Below are positions 8,906 to 19,077 of a stretch of DNA of 42,795 bases, in pieces (the first letter of the stretch is position 1; the number at the start of each line of letters is the position of its first letter). A program made the translations under genes and the position numbers. The notes under the pieces were generated by a model. The model was not told the DNA's origin. It saw nothing but the letters and a program-made list of their open reading frames with translations, and made no database searches. Origin of the DNA: Kiritimatiellia bacterium (GTDB lineage Bacteria; Verrucomicrobiota; Kiritimatiellia; RFP12; UBA1067); the NCBI GenBank assembly GCA_017613085.1, contig JAGAEL010000039.1, positions 1 to 42,795 on the forward strand, in the 5' to 3' direction.

Positions 8906-11404
8906 ATGGCTGACGAAGAACTGACCCCGATGATGCGCCAGTACCGGCGCATCAAGCAGGAACTGCCGCCCGATGTGATTCTGATGTTCCGGCTCGGGGA
9001 TTTTTATGAGATGTTTTTTGACGACGCGGTGGTCGCGGCCCCGATTCTGGGGCTGGTCTTGACCCGGCGCCAGAACTATCCGATGTGCGGTGTGCCTTAC
9101 CACGCGATCGATTCCTACCTCGCCAAATTCATCCGTGCGGGGAAAAAGGCCGCCATCTGTGAGCAGATGGAAGATCCCTCGCTCGCGAAGGGAATCGTCC
9201 GGCGCGAAATCACCCGCGTCGTCACGCCGGGTACCGTCACCGAGGAGAACATCCTCGAGGCGACGCGCAACAATTACCTTGCCGCCGTGTACGCCGGGAA
9301 ACAGGGGATGGGGTTGGCCCTCCTGGATCTCTCGACGGGTACGTTCACCACCGAGGAGACGGAGGATGCCCGTCAACTTGTCGAACTTCTCCGCCAGTAC
9401 GCGCCGAGCGAGTGCCTGACCGGAAAGGAGTCTGCGCAGGATCCGCGTATCTGCGACGTCATTGCCTCCGGTGCGGCAGGGACGATCACGAACATCGAGG
9501 ACTGGATGTTCGGCTACGACTGTGCGCGCGACACGTTGCTTCGCCACTTCCAAGTCCACTCGCTCGAAGGGTACGGATGCGAGGGCAACGCGCTGCTGGT
9601 CTGCCCCGCTGGCGCGCTGCTGCAGCACGTGCATGACGCGCTCCGCCATGCTGTCGACCACGTCAGGAGCTTGAAGGTCGGGCGAGGGGACGACCGCCTG
9701 GTGTTGGATGAGACGACCTGTTCGCATTTGGAGCTCTTGCCCAAGCGGGGCGGCGACGTTTCCCATTCCCTGTTCGGTGTGCTGGATAACACACAGACCC
9801 CAATGGGGGCAAGGCTTCTGCGGCAATGGCTCGTACGTCCACCCCGTCGGCGCGACGAGATCTGCGCCCGCCACGATGCCGTCGCGTTTTTTGTGAAGGA
9901 ACGCCTGACGCTCTCTTCGCTGCGCGACAAGCTCGGTGCCGTCCGCGACCTTGAACGGTTGATTGCCCGGCTCGGAACCGACCGCGGGAACGCCCGCGAG
10001 GCGCGCGCGCTTGCCGCCTCGCTTCTCCCCGTCCCGTTTCTGCGCGACGAACTCGCCGCCGCAGCAGGGGTGTCGGTTCTTGCCGAAATCGTGGGCGGGC
10101 TCCGTGCACTCCCGGAACTCGTCCGCCTTATCCAGACGGCGATCGACGACGAGCCCGCGACGGGGTTGAAGGAGGGAGGCATTATCCGGCCCGGATACAA
10201 CGCGGAGCTGGACGAATTGCGCGCGCTTGCCACGCAGGGGCACGAATGGCTCGCGCAGTATCAGGCGAAAGAACAGGAGCGTACCGGCATCAAGAACCTC
10301 AAAGTCCGCCACAACAAGGTATTCGGGTTCTACATCGAGATTTCCAAGGGGCAGGTCCCGCTCGTCCCGCCTGAATACGAACGCCGTCAGACGCTCGTCA
10401 ACGCCGAACGGTTCGTCACGCCGGAACTGAAGGAGTACGAGCAGAAGATTTTCGGCGCACAGGAAAAGTCGATGGCGATGGAGTATGAGCTTTTCTGCGC
10501 CGTCCGCCGCGAGATCGCCGCCCGCACCGCCGAGATTCAGGAAACGGCGGATGCCGTCGCCCGGTTGGACATCCTGCTTTCCTTCGCGGACCGCGCGCTC
10601 GCCCTCGGTTACGCTCGCCCTGTGATGACGGAGGGCGACACGCTGCGGATTGTCGACGGACGCCATCCGGTGATCGAACAGCTGCCGGATGCCGAGCCGT
10701 TCGTGCCGAACGACACGCTTCTCGATTGCGGCTTGAACCAGATCGCCCTGATTACCGGGCCGAATATGGCGGGGAAGTCCACCTACATCCGGCAGGTCGC
10801 GCTGATCGCGATTATGGCGCACGTGGGATCGTTCGTTCCCGCAAAGGAGGCGGAAGTCCCGTTGCTCGACCGCGTCTTCACCCGCGTCGGGGCAGGGGAC
10901 GACCTCGCCAAGGGACGCAGCACGTTCATGGTCGAAATGCAGGAGACGGCGAATATCCTCAACAACGCCACGGAGAGGAGCCTTATCGTCTTGGACGAGA
11001 TCGGTCGCGGCACCAGCACGTTCGACGGTATCAGCATCGCGTGGGCGGTCGCCGAGTATCTGCACAACACCGCCCGCGTCAAGGCGAAGACGCTCTTCGC
11101 GACGCACTATCACGAACTGACCGATCTTTCGCTCACCCTCGGCGGGGTGAAGAACTACACCGTGCAGGTGCGCGAGCGCGGGGACACCGTGGTTTTTCTC
11201 CGCCGGATCGCGCCGGGGTGCGCCGACAAGAGTTACGGCATCCAGGTGGCGCGGCTCGCCGGAATGCCGGCGGAGGTGATCGCGCGGTCGAAGGAGATCC
11301 TGCACAACCTGGAGGAGGGGGAGGTCGAAGGCGGCCTTCCCAAACTCGCCCGGACGGCCCGCCGCAAACAGGTGGACGCGCCGGGGCAGATGACGTTATT
11401 CTAA
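8906..11404 (+). CDS. mutS: DNA mismatch repair protein MutS
   Basis: TPMMRQY, FRLGDFYEMF, GPNMAGKSTYIRQ, DEIGRGTST, FATHYHEL, C-terminal clamp motif QMTLF. Confidence 0.98.
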   Translation: MADEELTPMMRQYRRIKQELPPDVILMFRLGDFYEMFFDDAVVAAPILGLVLTRRQNYPMCGVPYHAIDSYLAKFIRAGKKAAICEQMEDPSLAKGIVRREITRVVTPGTVTEENILEATRNNYLAAVYAGKQGMGLALLDLSTGTFTTEETEDARQLVELLRQYAPSECLTGKESAQDPRICDVIASGAAGTITNIEDWMFGYDCARDTLLRHFQVHSLEGYGCEGNALLVCPAGALLQHVHDALRHAVDHVRSLKVGRGDDRLVLDETTCSHLELLPKRGGDVSHSLFGVLDNTQTPMGARLLRQWLVRPPRRRDEICARHDAVAFFVKERLTLSSLRDKLGAVRDLERLIARLGTDRGNAREARALAASLLPVPFLRDELAAAAGVSVLAEIVGGLRALPELVRLIQTAIDDEPATGLKEGGIIRPGYNAELDELRALATQGHEWLAQYQAKEQERTGIKNLKVRHNKVFGFYIEISKGQVPLVPPEYERRQTLVNAERFVTPELKEYEQKIFGAQEKSMAMEYELFCAVRREIAARTAEIQETADAVARLDILLSFADRALALGYARPVMTEGDTLRIVDGRHPVIEQLPDAEPFVPNDTLLDCGLNQIALITGPNMAGKSTYIRQVALIAIMAHVGSFVPAKEAEVPLLDRVFTRVGAGDDLAKGRSTFMVEMQETANILNNATERSLIVLDEIGRGTSTFDGISIAWAVAEYLHNTARVKAKTLFATHYHELTDLSLTLGGVKNYTVQVRERGDTVVFLRRIAPGCADKSYGIQVARLAGMPAEVIARSKEILHNLEEGEVEGGLPKLARTARRKQVDAPGQMTLF

Positions 11405-11425
11405 CCGTTCGGAGAGGGCTTGCAC

Positions 11426-12652
11426 ATGGAACGACAGATTTTCCTCTACCTGCTTTGGGAGGAGGCGCGCGATCACGAAGAGGAAATCCTCGCCGACATC
11501 CGCGCGCATTTCAACGTCCTCAAGCGTTTCGAGGTGACGTGGCCGCAACGCGAATTCATCGAACATCTGGAGGCGTTCTACGGGCATACTTCCGCCATCT
11601 GGCGGGCGAAGGCGAACCGCGACGGGATGGGGAGTTTCCTGGTGATCCTGGTGGAAGACGAGCACCCGCGTTTCGAGAGGCGCAAGAGCCTTGGCGGTGT
11701 CGAGCAGGAGGTGGATGTCAACGTGTACGACGCGAAGAAGCGCTACCGTAAACTCCTTAAAAGCAAAGACCGCGTCCATTCCTCCGTCACGCTCGCCGAG
11801 ACGCGCCATAATTTCTGCCTCTTGACCGGACGGACGCTCGCCGATTGGCTGGCGGAGGAAAAAGCGGACGGTGCGCTGGTGCGGCTCGTCAGCGAACAGC
11901 CGCGTTACTGGGGGTGGAAGTCGCTGGAGCAGGTCTTCACCGTCCTCAACGAGTGCATGGACTACGTGGTGTTGCGTAATGCGGGCACGTTCGACGCGAT
12001 GGCGGCGGGCGACCATCCGGACATCGATATGCTGGTGTCGGGCGTGGACACCTTCGCGGCGATCACCGGCGCGACGCGGATGTCGCCCAAGCCCCGCCGT
12101 ACCGCGTATGCCCTGAAGGTCGGCGGGAAGGTGTTGAAGTTCGACCTCCGTGAACCCGGAGACGGCTACTACGATCCTTCTTTCGCGTCGGATATTCTCG
12201 CCCGGGCGGAGTGGATGGCGGTTGACGGATCGAAAACGAAACTCCGCGTCCCCGGCGGGGAGGACAGGCTCTATTCGCTGCTCTACCACGCGCTTTTGCA
12301 CAAGAAGGAGGTTTCGCCGGATTACGCCGCGTTTTTCGAGCGGAACGGACTTGCGCGTGAACAGTGGAAGGAGGCGCTTGCCGCATGGCTTTCGTCGAAA
12401 GGGTATGCCTACTGCCGCCCGCTCGATCCGAAGGTCGCGTTCAACGAGGCGAACCTTCTGCCGTCGCCGCCGTTGAAGAGATTGCCGCGTTCGTTCGCGC
12501 ACATCTGCTCCTTCGCGCTCTCGTTTAGCAAGTTGCGGCTCCACCTCTTCACGGGTACGGGGCTCCCGAATCTTTTCCGTCTCCAGTTACGGCTCGGCGG
12601 GCTTTTCAAGATTGACATCTGCGTCGGCCAGGTCAAGGAGATTGAGACATGA
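11426..12652 (+). CDS. hypothetical two-domain protein; C-half nucleotidyltransferase-like (YVVLRN...DIDMLV)
   Basis: Long ORF with GGAGAGG RBS; DxD motif; function inferred only. Confidence 0.55.
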   Translation: MERQIFLYLLWEEARDHEEEILADIRAHFNVLKRFEVTWPQREFIEHLEAFYGHTSAIWRAKANRDGMGSFLVILVEDEHPRFERRKSLGGVEQEVDVNVYDAKKRYRKLLKSKDRVHSSVTLAETRHNFCLLTGRTLADWLAEEKADGALVRLVSEQPRYWGWKSLEQVFTVLNECMDYVVLRNAGTFDAMAAGDHPDIDMLVSGVDTFAAITGATRMSPKPRRTAYALKVGGKVLKFDLREPGDGYYDPSFASDILARAEWMAVDGSKTKLRVPGGEDRLYSLLYHALLHKKEVSPDYAAFFERNGLAREQWKEALAAWLSSKGYAYCRPLDPKVAFNEANLLPSPPLKRLPRSFAHICSFALSFSKLRLHLFTGTGLPNLFRLQLRLGGLFKIDICVGQVKEIET

Positions 12653-13530
12653 AGTTCTACGGGTTCTTCAATCCCGCCGGACGCCTCCTCCGTGTCTTGA
12701 GCGAGCGTTTCGTGAACGAGCTGCCCGATCTCGCCGCCAAGCTCTCCCCCGTGCCGTTGGCGGAACTGCCCCGCTACGAGTTCCCCTCCGGGAAACCGCT
12801 CCATGTGCAGTTCACGCGGCGGAATTTCGACGGCGAGTTCGCCTGGATGTTCTATCCCGCGAAACGCGACAACGTCCAGACCGTCTTCTCCAACGTGGAC
12901 GGTGTGTGGCGTGTGGAAAAGCGCGTGTTGCGCCGCGCCCTCCGTTCCCCGTTCTGCCCCTTCCGCCAGCTCGCGCTCCCGCCGGAACCGCTCCTCCCCG
13001 GTATCACCGCCGATGTCGCGATGGCCGCAGACGTACAGGGCGGCGCGTGGAGCGAGGCGATGGTGCGGTTGGAGTCGTTCTTCAAGTCGCTTGTCTCGCA
13101 GTACCCGCTCGACAAGAAGGGACGCCTCCCCGCCGGAATGGTCGATGCCCTTCCGCGTAACGCTGTTGCAGGGGCCGAAGGCGGGCTTCGCTTTTTCGAT
13201 CTTGAATACGCCCGGCGCGGCGGTGTGCGCCTTTCTTTTTTACTATACAGGGCCATCAAGATGGACTTGCTCTTGCATCTTCCGAAAGCGGAACGCAGTC
13301 AGATCGACTTCAGGGGCAGTTATGAAGCGCTCTGCCTTTCCTTCGGAATGAAACCGCGTTTCCGGCGCGATGCCCGTGAATCGCGTGCGTTGAAGCGTTT
13401 CACCAGCGGTTCGTTGCGTCGTACCCTTTGCCGGTTCTTCCTCCTGTTCCTCCCGAAACGCGCCCGTCCCCGCCACGAATGGTGGAGCGGCGATTACCGT
13501 CTCCTTCCCAAGAAAGCCTCTGCGACATGA
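12649..13530 (+). CDS. hypothetical protein, possible kinase-like fold
   Basis: ATGA overlaps on both sides; DALPRN...FFDLEY motifs. Confidence 0.55.
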   Translation: MKFYGFFNPAGRLLRVLSERFVNELPDLAAKLSPVPLAELPRYEFPSGKPLHVQFTRRNFDGEFAWMFYPAKRDNVQTVFSNVDGVWRVEKRVLRRALRSPFCPFRQLALPPEPLLPGITADVAMAADVQGGAWSEAMVRLESFFKSLVSQYPLDKKGRLPAGMVDALPRNAVAGAEGGLRFFDLEYARRGGVRLSFLLYRAIKMDLLLHLPKAERSQIDFRGSYEALCLSFGMKPRFRRDARESRALKRFTSGSLRRTLCRFFLLFLPKRARPRHEWWSGDYRLLPKKASAT

Positions 13531-14525
13531 ACGCTTTTCCCCTCAGCCTTGTTCTCGCGGCCTCGCTCGTTGCGGCGGGGTGCGGAAACCGCACCCGCGC
13601 CATCGAGAAAGCGCCGGATCCCGCGCTTCCCGCCGTCACGAACTTTCCCGCCGCGAACGCTTCCAACGCGCTTGCGCGCACGGCGGATTTTATCCGTGAC
13701 TGTACCCCCCGCGATGCCGGGACGCCGGGCGCTGAAAAGGCTGCTCGTTGACTCGCCGCCTCCCTCGCGGCGGGAGGGTTCGAGGGAACGAACGTGCTGT
13801 CCTGTTTCTCCCCTGAGGGTGTTTCCGTCTGCGCCGTCGATACGTTCACGAACGCCACGCCGCACGGTTCTTGCGCGTTCCGGAACGTACTCGCCGCCGT
13901 CCCTGCCCGTGAACCTTCGGACAAATGGATTGTCCTGCTTTCGCACTTTGATACGAAATCCGGCATCGGTCCGCGTTTCGAGGGCGCGAACGACGGCGCG
14001 TCTTCCACCGGGCTTCTTCTGGAACTCGCCTCCTGGTTCCGCCGTCGCCCCCTGCGCGACGTGAACCTGTTCTTCGGATTCATGGACGGGGAGGAGTGTA
14101 TGTCCTTCTACGGCCCTTCCGACGGATTCCACGGCAGCAGGCGGCTTGCCAAACAACTGGAAGGTAAAAAGAAAAAGGTACGCGCCGTCATTCTGATGGA
14201 TATGGTGGGCGATGCCGATTTGCGCCTCACGATTCCCCGGAACTGCACGGGCGCGTTGCGTCTTCTTTCGCTTGAAGCGGCGGAGACGGTCGGTGTCCGC
14301 GACCGGATCGGGTTGTTCGACGGCTACGTCTACGATGACCACCACGCCTTTTTTGAGGCGGGCTTCCCGGCGGTGGATTTGATTGATTTTGAATACGGCA
14401 GTGCGCCGGGAGAGAACGACTACTGGCATACCGAGGCGGACACGTTCGACAAACTTTCCTCCGAAAGCCTGTATACGACCGCGAAAATCGTTCTTGAAAT
14501 GATCCGGCGCCTGGTCGCCCCCTGA
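13527..14525 (+). pseudogene. M28-family peptidase / glutaminyl-cyclase-like lipoprotein (332 codons) interrupted by one in-frame TGA at 13749-13751
   Basis: Lipobox AAGC and PRDAGTPG before the stop; SHFDTK, GANDGASSTG, DGEE, DMVGD, DDH, WHTEAD after it in the same frame. Confidence 0.85.
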
Positions 14526-14555
14526 TGCCGTCGATGGCTATCGGTGGCGATCGGT
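14524..14555. repeat. 10-nt tandem micro-repeat between convergent genes
   Basis: TCGATGGCTA-TCGGTGGCGA-TCGG; related to 26596-26619 and 22841-22852. Confidence 0.5.
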
Positions 14556-14560
14556 CTCCC

Positions 14561-15403
14561 TTAAACCGGTACGAATTCCCATTTGAACGGGCCTTCGGCG
14601 GGGATTTCCAGCATCCGGAAACCGTGGGGACGCTTGTCGAAATTCCGCGAGGTCGTTTCGGCGTTCAGCAACGGTGTCCGCCAGTACGTCCGGTTCTGCG
14701 TCCGGTGCGTGTGCCCGGCGAGGAAGAAACGGACGCCCGAATCGAGGCAGCGGTCGAGAAATTCATGGCGCGTCGCCAACGGGTAGTTCTGGTAGGAGTC
14801 CTTCTCGTCCGGTTGCCGGTCGAACGGCGGCTGGTGCGTCAGCCAGATGATGGGCAAACCCGCCTTTTTCGCCTCTTCCAGTTCGCGGTTGCGCCAGGCG
14901 TGGTAACTGGGATGCCGCCCGGGTGCGCGTTCAAACTGCCCGTTCGCCGCGATCAGCCTCCAGCCTTTCACCGTCTGCGCGGTGTAGACGTACCCGAACA
15001 CGGAGGTAAAAAGGTCGCGCTGCGTCTTGTTCCGGTCGTCCGGGATGTCGTGGTTGCCCGGCACGACAATCCACGGCACGTTGATCCGTTTCAACAGGCG
15101 CGGCCAGTCCTGCGAAAGTTCGTTCCACTTGTTGACCATATCCCCGCCGAAGAAGCAGATGTCCGGTTGCAGTTCATTGACCTTTTCGATCTCCTTCTCG
15201 GCACGGGCGAGGTCGTTTTTATACGCCTCTTTCCCTTTCCCGACGGGGCCGAATCCAAGCTGCGGGTCGCAACAGTGCGCGATCTGGATGGGCGGAAGTT
15301 TCCCGCCGTTTCCGGCGAACAGCTGCATCGCGCCAAGGGAGGCGATGCCTTGTAGAAACCCTCTTCTCGAAACACCTGTCAACGGACGGTACGAATCATT
15401 CAT
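14561..15403 (-). CDS. Tat-exported calcineurin-like metallophosphoesterase
   Basis: SRRGFL twin-arginine motif; DPQLG, GGD, GNHD, THQP, GHTH; RBS spacing favours ATG 15403. Confidence 0.85.
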   Translation of the reverse strand: MNDSYRPLTGVSRRGFLQGIASLGAMQLFAGNGGKLPPIQIAHCCDPQLGFGPVGKGKEAYKNDLARAEKEIEKVNELQPDICFFGGDMVNKWNELSQDWPRLLKRINVPWIVVPGNHDIPDDRNKTQRDLFTSVFGYVYTAQTVKGWRLIAANGQFERAPGRHPSYHAWRNRELEEAKKAGLPIIWLTHQPPFDRQPDEKDSYQNYPLATRHEFLDRCLDSGVRFFLAGHTHRTQNRTYWRTPLLNAETTSRNFDKRPHGFRMLEIPAEGPFKWEFVPV

Positions 15404-15471
15404 GGACATCTCCCTTTTTGTTGGAAACGGCTTTTAGTATGCCACATCCACATTCTCCCCGGCAAGACACT

Positions 15472-16818
15472 TTATTTCACGGGGGTACCGTCGATGTTGA
15501 ACACGTAGTTGTGATTTTTCCCGTACTTCCCGTATGAAACGTAGCCGTTGGCGCGCGGCTTGACCGTCTCGCCGTTGAACGTGCCGTCCTTGCCGACTGT
15601 CCAGAGGATACCGCTCTCGGCATTGTACTTCAGTTCTTTGCCCTGTGCATAGGGGTCTCGCGGCACGGCGGGAAGGAATTCCGGCACAAGTTCCGCCAAA
15701 TTCTTGGGGAACGCGCCCGTCTTCCGCTTGAACCTCGCCGCCGCCACGATCGTTTCGACGGCATGATGCTGGAAATCGGATCTTGCGATGGCTTCGCCCA
15801 GCGAGCGCCACGACGGGAGGCTCTCCAACAACATTCTTCTTCCGATAAAGTTCGGACCGAAACGCCAAGTGCTGCTGTTTTCCACCGCGATGTTAAACTC
15901 CTCTTCAAACTTGTCCCATGCCGCTTTGTCGTTGCCGAGCCGGTAGCCCTCCTTTATCTTTTCGAGGTAACGGGCGTAGGTCGTCCACGAACGGTTTTGA
16001 TGGTAGGCGTAGGAGCTGAGGAAGGGAATTCGCAGTCTCGGTACGCCAGACCTTCTGTTCGACATCTCCGTGAAGAATACTGTAAATTCGTTGTTCACCA
16101 TCCTCTGCACCCGTTCGGGACGGGATGCGATGTCAAACTGGCGTAAGGCATCTTGAAGGCGGCCAAGTTCCTCGTCCGTCGCCTTCCCAGACTTTATGAT
16201 TCTCTGGACAACACCGTTCCCGGCATAGTTCAGAATGCCTCCGGCCACCAGCCACCTGATGACGGATTCCGAGTCGTTCTCTATCTTCCGCGTGAGTAGG
16301 ATTATGTCGCGCACGTCTTCTATCGCCGCCCCGATCTCGTCGCGCTCTATATGCCGTCTGGCCTGGAGGTACACAAGTCTGCACAGGCGCAAGAACTCGT
16401 TGATTTTAGGGAACGCAAGTCGTTTCCCCGATGCCGGATCGATGGCGCACCATACCTTGCGCTGCACGACCTCGTGGAAGAGGGCGAGGGCTTTCGCGGA
16501 TTCGGCAAGGATCGCGTCCTTCTCCGCATCCGTCATGTCCTGCTTGGAAGCGGCGAATTTCGTCCATGCTTCATGATGCTTCTCGAACACGCTGGTCAGG
16601 ATGGGTAGGCCCGTTTGCTCGCTGACCACGTTTGTCACAGCGATCAGTCCGCAATAGACGTTGTCCGCTTCGGGGGGAACCTCGAAAGGATTGGTGAACG
16701 GGGTGAGATCCGGCGGTTCGCAGTCGAAGGAATTGAATCCGATGTATGCCGCCGCCGCCGTCAGGACGAGACCTGTGCTGACAGCTGTCCATTTGAGAAT
16801 CTTGCGTGTGTTCGTCAT
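15472..16818 (-). CDS. membrane-anchored hypothetical protein with C-terminal pseudopilin (GspG-like) motif
   Basis: AAGGAGG RBS at 16824-16830; N-terminal TM; C-terminal GAFPKNLAELVPEFLPAVPRDPY...WTVGKDG. Confidence 0.65.
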   Translation of the reverse strand: MTNTRKILKWTAVSTGLVLTAAAAYIGFNSFDCEPPDLTPFTNPFEVPPEADNVYCGLIAVTNVVSEQTGLPILTSVFEKHHEAWTKFAASKQDMTDAEKDAILAESAKALALFHEVVQRKVWCAIDPASGKRLAFPKINEFLRLCRLVYLQARRHIERDEIGAAIEDVRDIILLTRKIENDSESVIRWLVAGGILNYAGNGVVQRIIKSGKATDEELGRLQDALRQFDIASRPERVQRMVNNEFTVFFTEMSNRRSGVPRLRIPFLSSYAYHQNRSWTTYARYLEKIKEGYRLGNDKAAWDKFEEEFNIAVENSSTWRFGPNFIGRRMLLESLPSWRSLGEAIARSDFQHHAVETIVAAARFKRKTGAFPKNLAELVPEFLPAVPRDPYAQGKELKYNAESGILWTVGKDGTFNGETVKPRANGYVSYGKYGKNHNYVFNIDGTPVK

Positions 16819-16868
16819 TGTGACCTCCTTGTGTCTGGGTGGGTTAAGGTGAAATTGTCCATCAGGCG

Positions 16869-17291
16869 TCAGATGCTGTTCGCCATGCATACATTCGCCA
16901 GGTACTTTGTCGCCGCTTTCCGCGATACCTCCTTTTCCAGGAGTTTCACCATCCGTTCGCATCGGCTTCCGGCGTCGGTTGTAGCAGGGCCGGAATATAC
17001 GGTTGTCTCGGTGTTGTCCGGTTCCATGGTGTCGAGGACTGTGTTGAATACGATGGAGGAAAGGGACATCGTTACGGCGAGAACCGCGGCGATCTTCAGG
17101 AACGGCGACTTGACGAACGATCGGAACGGATGCATCTTCCGGTCTTCCTTGAGGAGTTCCGCCACACGAGCCGTACATCTTTCCTCGAAGTCGGCGTGGG
17201 GGATGGGCCATGCGGATGGGTCGCGTAGTGCCGCCGCGATGGTTGTGTCGAGATCGTCGGATTCCGTCTCTTTGCGATGGTTGTCATTCAT
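16869..17291 (-). CDS. putative anti-sigma factor (single TM)
   Basis: ATGA overlap with the ECF sigma; short cytoplasmic N-domain followed by KIAAVLAV TM. Confidence 0.6.
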   Translation of the reverse strand: MNDNHRKETESDDLDTTIAAALRDPSAWPIPHADFEERCTARVAELLKEDRKMHPFRSFVKSPFLKIAAVLAVTMSLSSIVFNTVLDTMEPDNTETTVYSGPATTDAGSRCERMVKLLEKEVSRKAATKYLANVCMANSI

Positions 17292-17875
17292 GGCCTTTTC
17301 TCCTTTCGTTTGGTTGGATGCACGATCGACGCATTCCCTTGGGTTCCCTTTGAAATTTTTTCGCGGATTATCTTCTTCGCCTCGTGAAGCCAGTAATACA
17401 CGGTTCCTTCCGGTTCGCCCAACGATTCTGCGATTGCCGGGACAGGCATTTCAGCGAAGTAGAAAAGTTCGACGACGACTCGTAGCTTTTCGGGAAGTGC
17501 CGCCACAGCCGTGCGCACTTTGTGTGCATCGTCCGCCCGTTCGGCGGATTCTGCGGGCGAGGGGCTTTCGTCCGCCCGTTCCGGTAACTCCTCCTGGAAC
17601 ACGAGGGAATTCGCGCCTTTCTTACGCAGATCCATCTTGAGGAAGTTCGCCATAATGGAACACTGCCAGGTGAAGAAGCCGGACTTTCCCTTGAACGAAC
17701 GGATGCTCTGGATCACACGCGCCAGTGTACGCGCGACGAGATCCTCCGCATCGGTCTCGTTTCGGCACATACGCATCGCCGCTGCAAAGAGGCGGTTTCC
17801 GTACGTACCCACGAGTCGTCGCGCCCCTTCCTCGGGACGTTCCCGCAACGCCTGTAGAATCTCGTTGTCGTCCAT
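17288..17875 (-). CDS. ECF sigma-70 factor
   Basis: Region 2 DAEDLV...F.GKS.F.TW; region 4 LPEKLR.VV.L.YF...IAE.LG.PEGTV. Confidence 0.9.
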   Translation of the reverse strand: MDDNEILQALRERPEEGARRLVGTYGNRLFAAAMRMCRNETDAEDLVARTLARVIQSIRSFKGKSGFFTWQCSIMANFLKMDLRKKGANSLVFQEELPERADESPSPAESAERADDAHKVRTAVAALPEKLRVVVELFYFAEMPVPAIAESLGEPEGTVYYWLHEAKKIIREKISKGTQGNASIVHPTKRKEKRP

Positions 17876-18054
17876 TATGGTTTTCCCGGTTGTTTATACG
17901 GGGTCTTGCCGTTCCACAAGACCCTGTTCAATCCGTATGATGCACCAAGCCGAAAATTCCTTGGCGCATTTTTACGGCTGCGGCCGCAAACCACGGATGA
18001 CGGACGAGGATCGCGTTCCTCCCATAGAAATACCGTTGTCTCGGTGTTTGGTGT

Positions 18055-19071
18055 TCAGGATGTTTTTTTGTCCGCGTAGAGCTGCGAGACGGCCGCCCCG
18101 TCCGGTCCCAGTACGTCGCGCTTCAACCCGCAGGTCTCCAACACTTGGTCGGTGGTCCGGAAGTGGCATTTGCAACAGTCGAGCAGTGCCTGCGGGCCGT
18201 GTTTCGTAACCAGTTCGACCCCTGTGTCGCGCACGTTGGTGGCGCCTTTCGGAATCTCCAGGTCGTAGGTTGCGCTCATCTTCGCAATGGCGCGCAGGAA
18301 GGTTGCGCGCGCCAGGATGGAGGCGGCGGCGACGGCGATGTCGGATTCCGCCTTGTGATGCTGGTCGAGCTTATACGCCCGGTTTTCAAGCCCCCGTTTC
18401 TTCAAGGCGCTCTTTAAGGCTGTCGCGATCAGTGTTTCGTCGCCGAACTGGTCGGCTACGGCGAGTTGTACGTCCGGGCGTGTGATGAACAGTTCCGCGA
18501 TGCACTGCGCGTGGATCCAGGCGAGGATCCGGTTCACGGAATGCATCTTCGCGTAAAGCTGGTTGTACCGGCGCACCCCCACCATGACCCGCTTGAAACA
18601 CCCGTTCCCAAGCAGGGTTTCCAGGCGTGAGGCGATGGCGAGACAGGTGATGTCCGTGAGTTGTTTGCAATCCTTCACGCCGATGTCGCGCATCTTTCCG
18701 GCAAGTTCCTTGTCGGCGTATGCGGCACAGGCGACGAGGGGGCCGAAAAAGTCGCCTTTCCCGCTCTCGTCGCTGCCGAGGTGCGGGACGCCCGTCGTCG
18801 CGTCCCATACATCTTCGTAACCGAGCGCGGCATGTTTGAGGATTTCCGGCTCCAGCGTGAAGAGGACGAAGTCCTCCGCCCCTCGTCCTTGGATCACGCA
18901 TTTCCCGCTGGTGTAGACGTTGATGATACAACGCGGACCTTCCACCGAGGCGACGGTGTACGGTACACCGGTACGACGCTTGTACCCGCGTTCGGCAAAA
19001 AGGAGGAGGAGCGAAGTCGCCTGTTCCTTCGTGAGCGGGTAGGTGAATGAGTTTTTCTTCTTGTCCGGCAT
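18055..19071 (-). CDS. rnhC: ribonuclease HIII
   Basis: N-terminal YTSGKCVIQG (TBP-like) domain; GSDESGKGDFFGP, VKDCK, DQF, AVAAASILAR. Confidence 0.92.
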   Translation of the reverse strand: MPDKKKNSFTYPLTKEQATSLLLLFAERGYKRRTGVPYTVASVEGPRCIINVYTSGKCVIQGRGAEDFVLFTLEPEILKHAALGYEDVWDATTGVPHLGSDESGKGDFFGPLVACAAYADKELAGKMRDIGVKDCKQLTDITCLAIASRLETLLGNGCFKRVMVGVRRYNQLYAKMHSVNRILAWIHAQCIAELFITRPDVQLAVADQFGDETLIATALKSALKKRGLENRAYKLDQHHKAESDIAVAAASILARATFLRAIAKMSATYDLEIPKGATNVRDTGVELVTKHGPQALLDCCKCHFRTTDQVLETCGLKRDVLGPDGAAVSQLYADKKTS

Positions 19072-19077
19072 GGATGC

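Noticed and set aside
15472-17211. 579-aa ORF as a single gene
   Set aside because: Its 5' part overlaps the anti-sigma gene in another frame; a strong RBS and a TM start support ATG 16818.
17940-17973. Hairpin plus T-run as the rnhC terminator
   Set aside because: The U-tract is on the + strand, whereas the flanking genes are on the - strand; function unclear.
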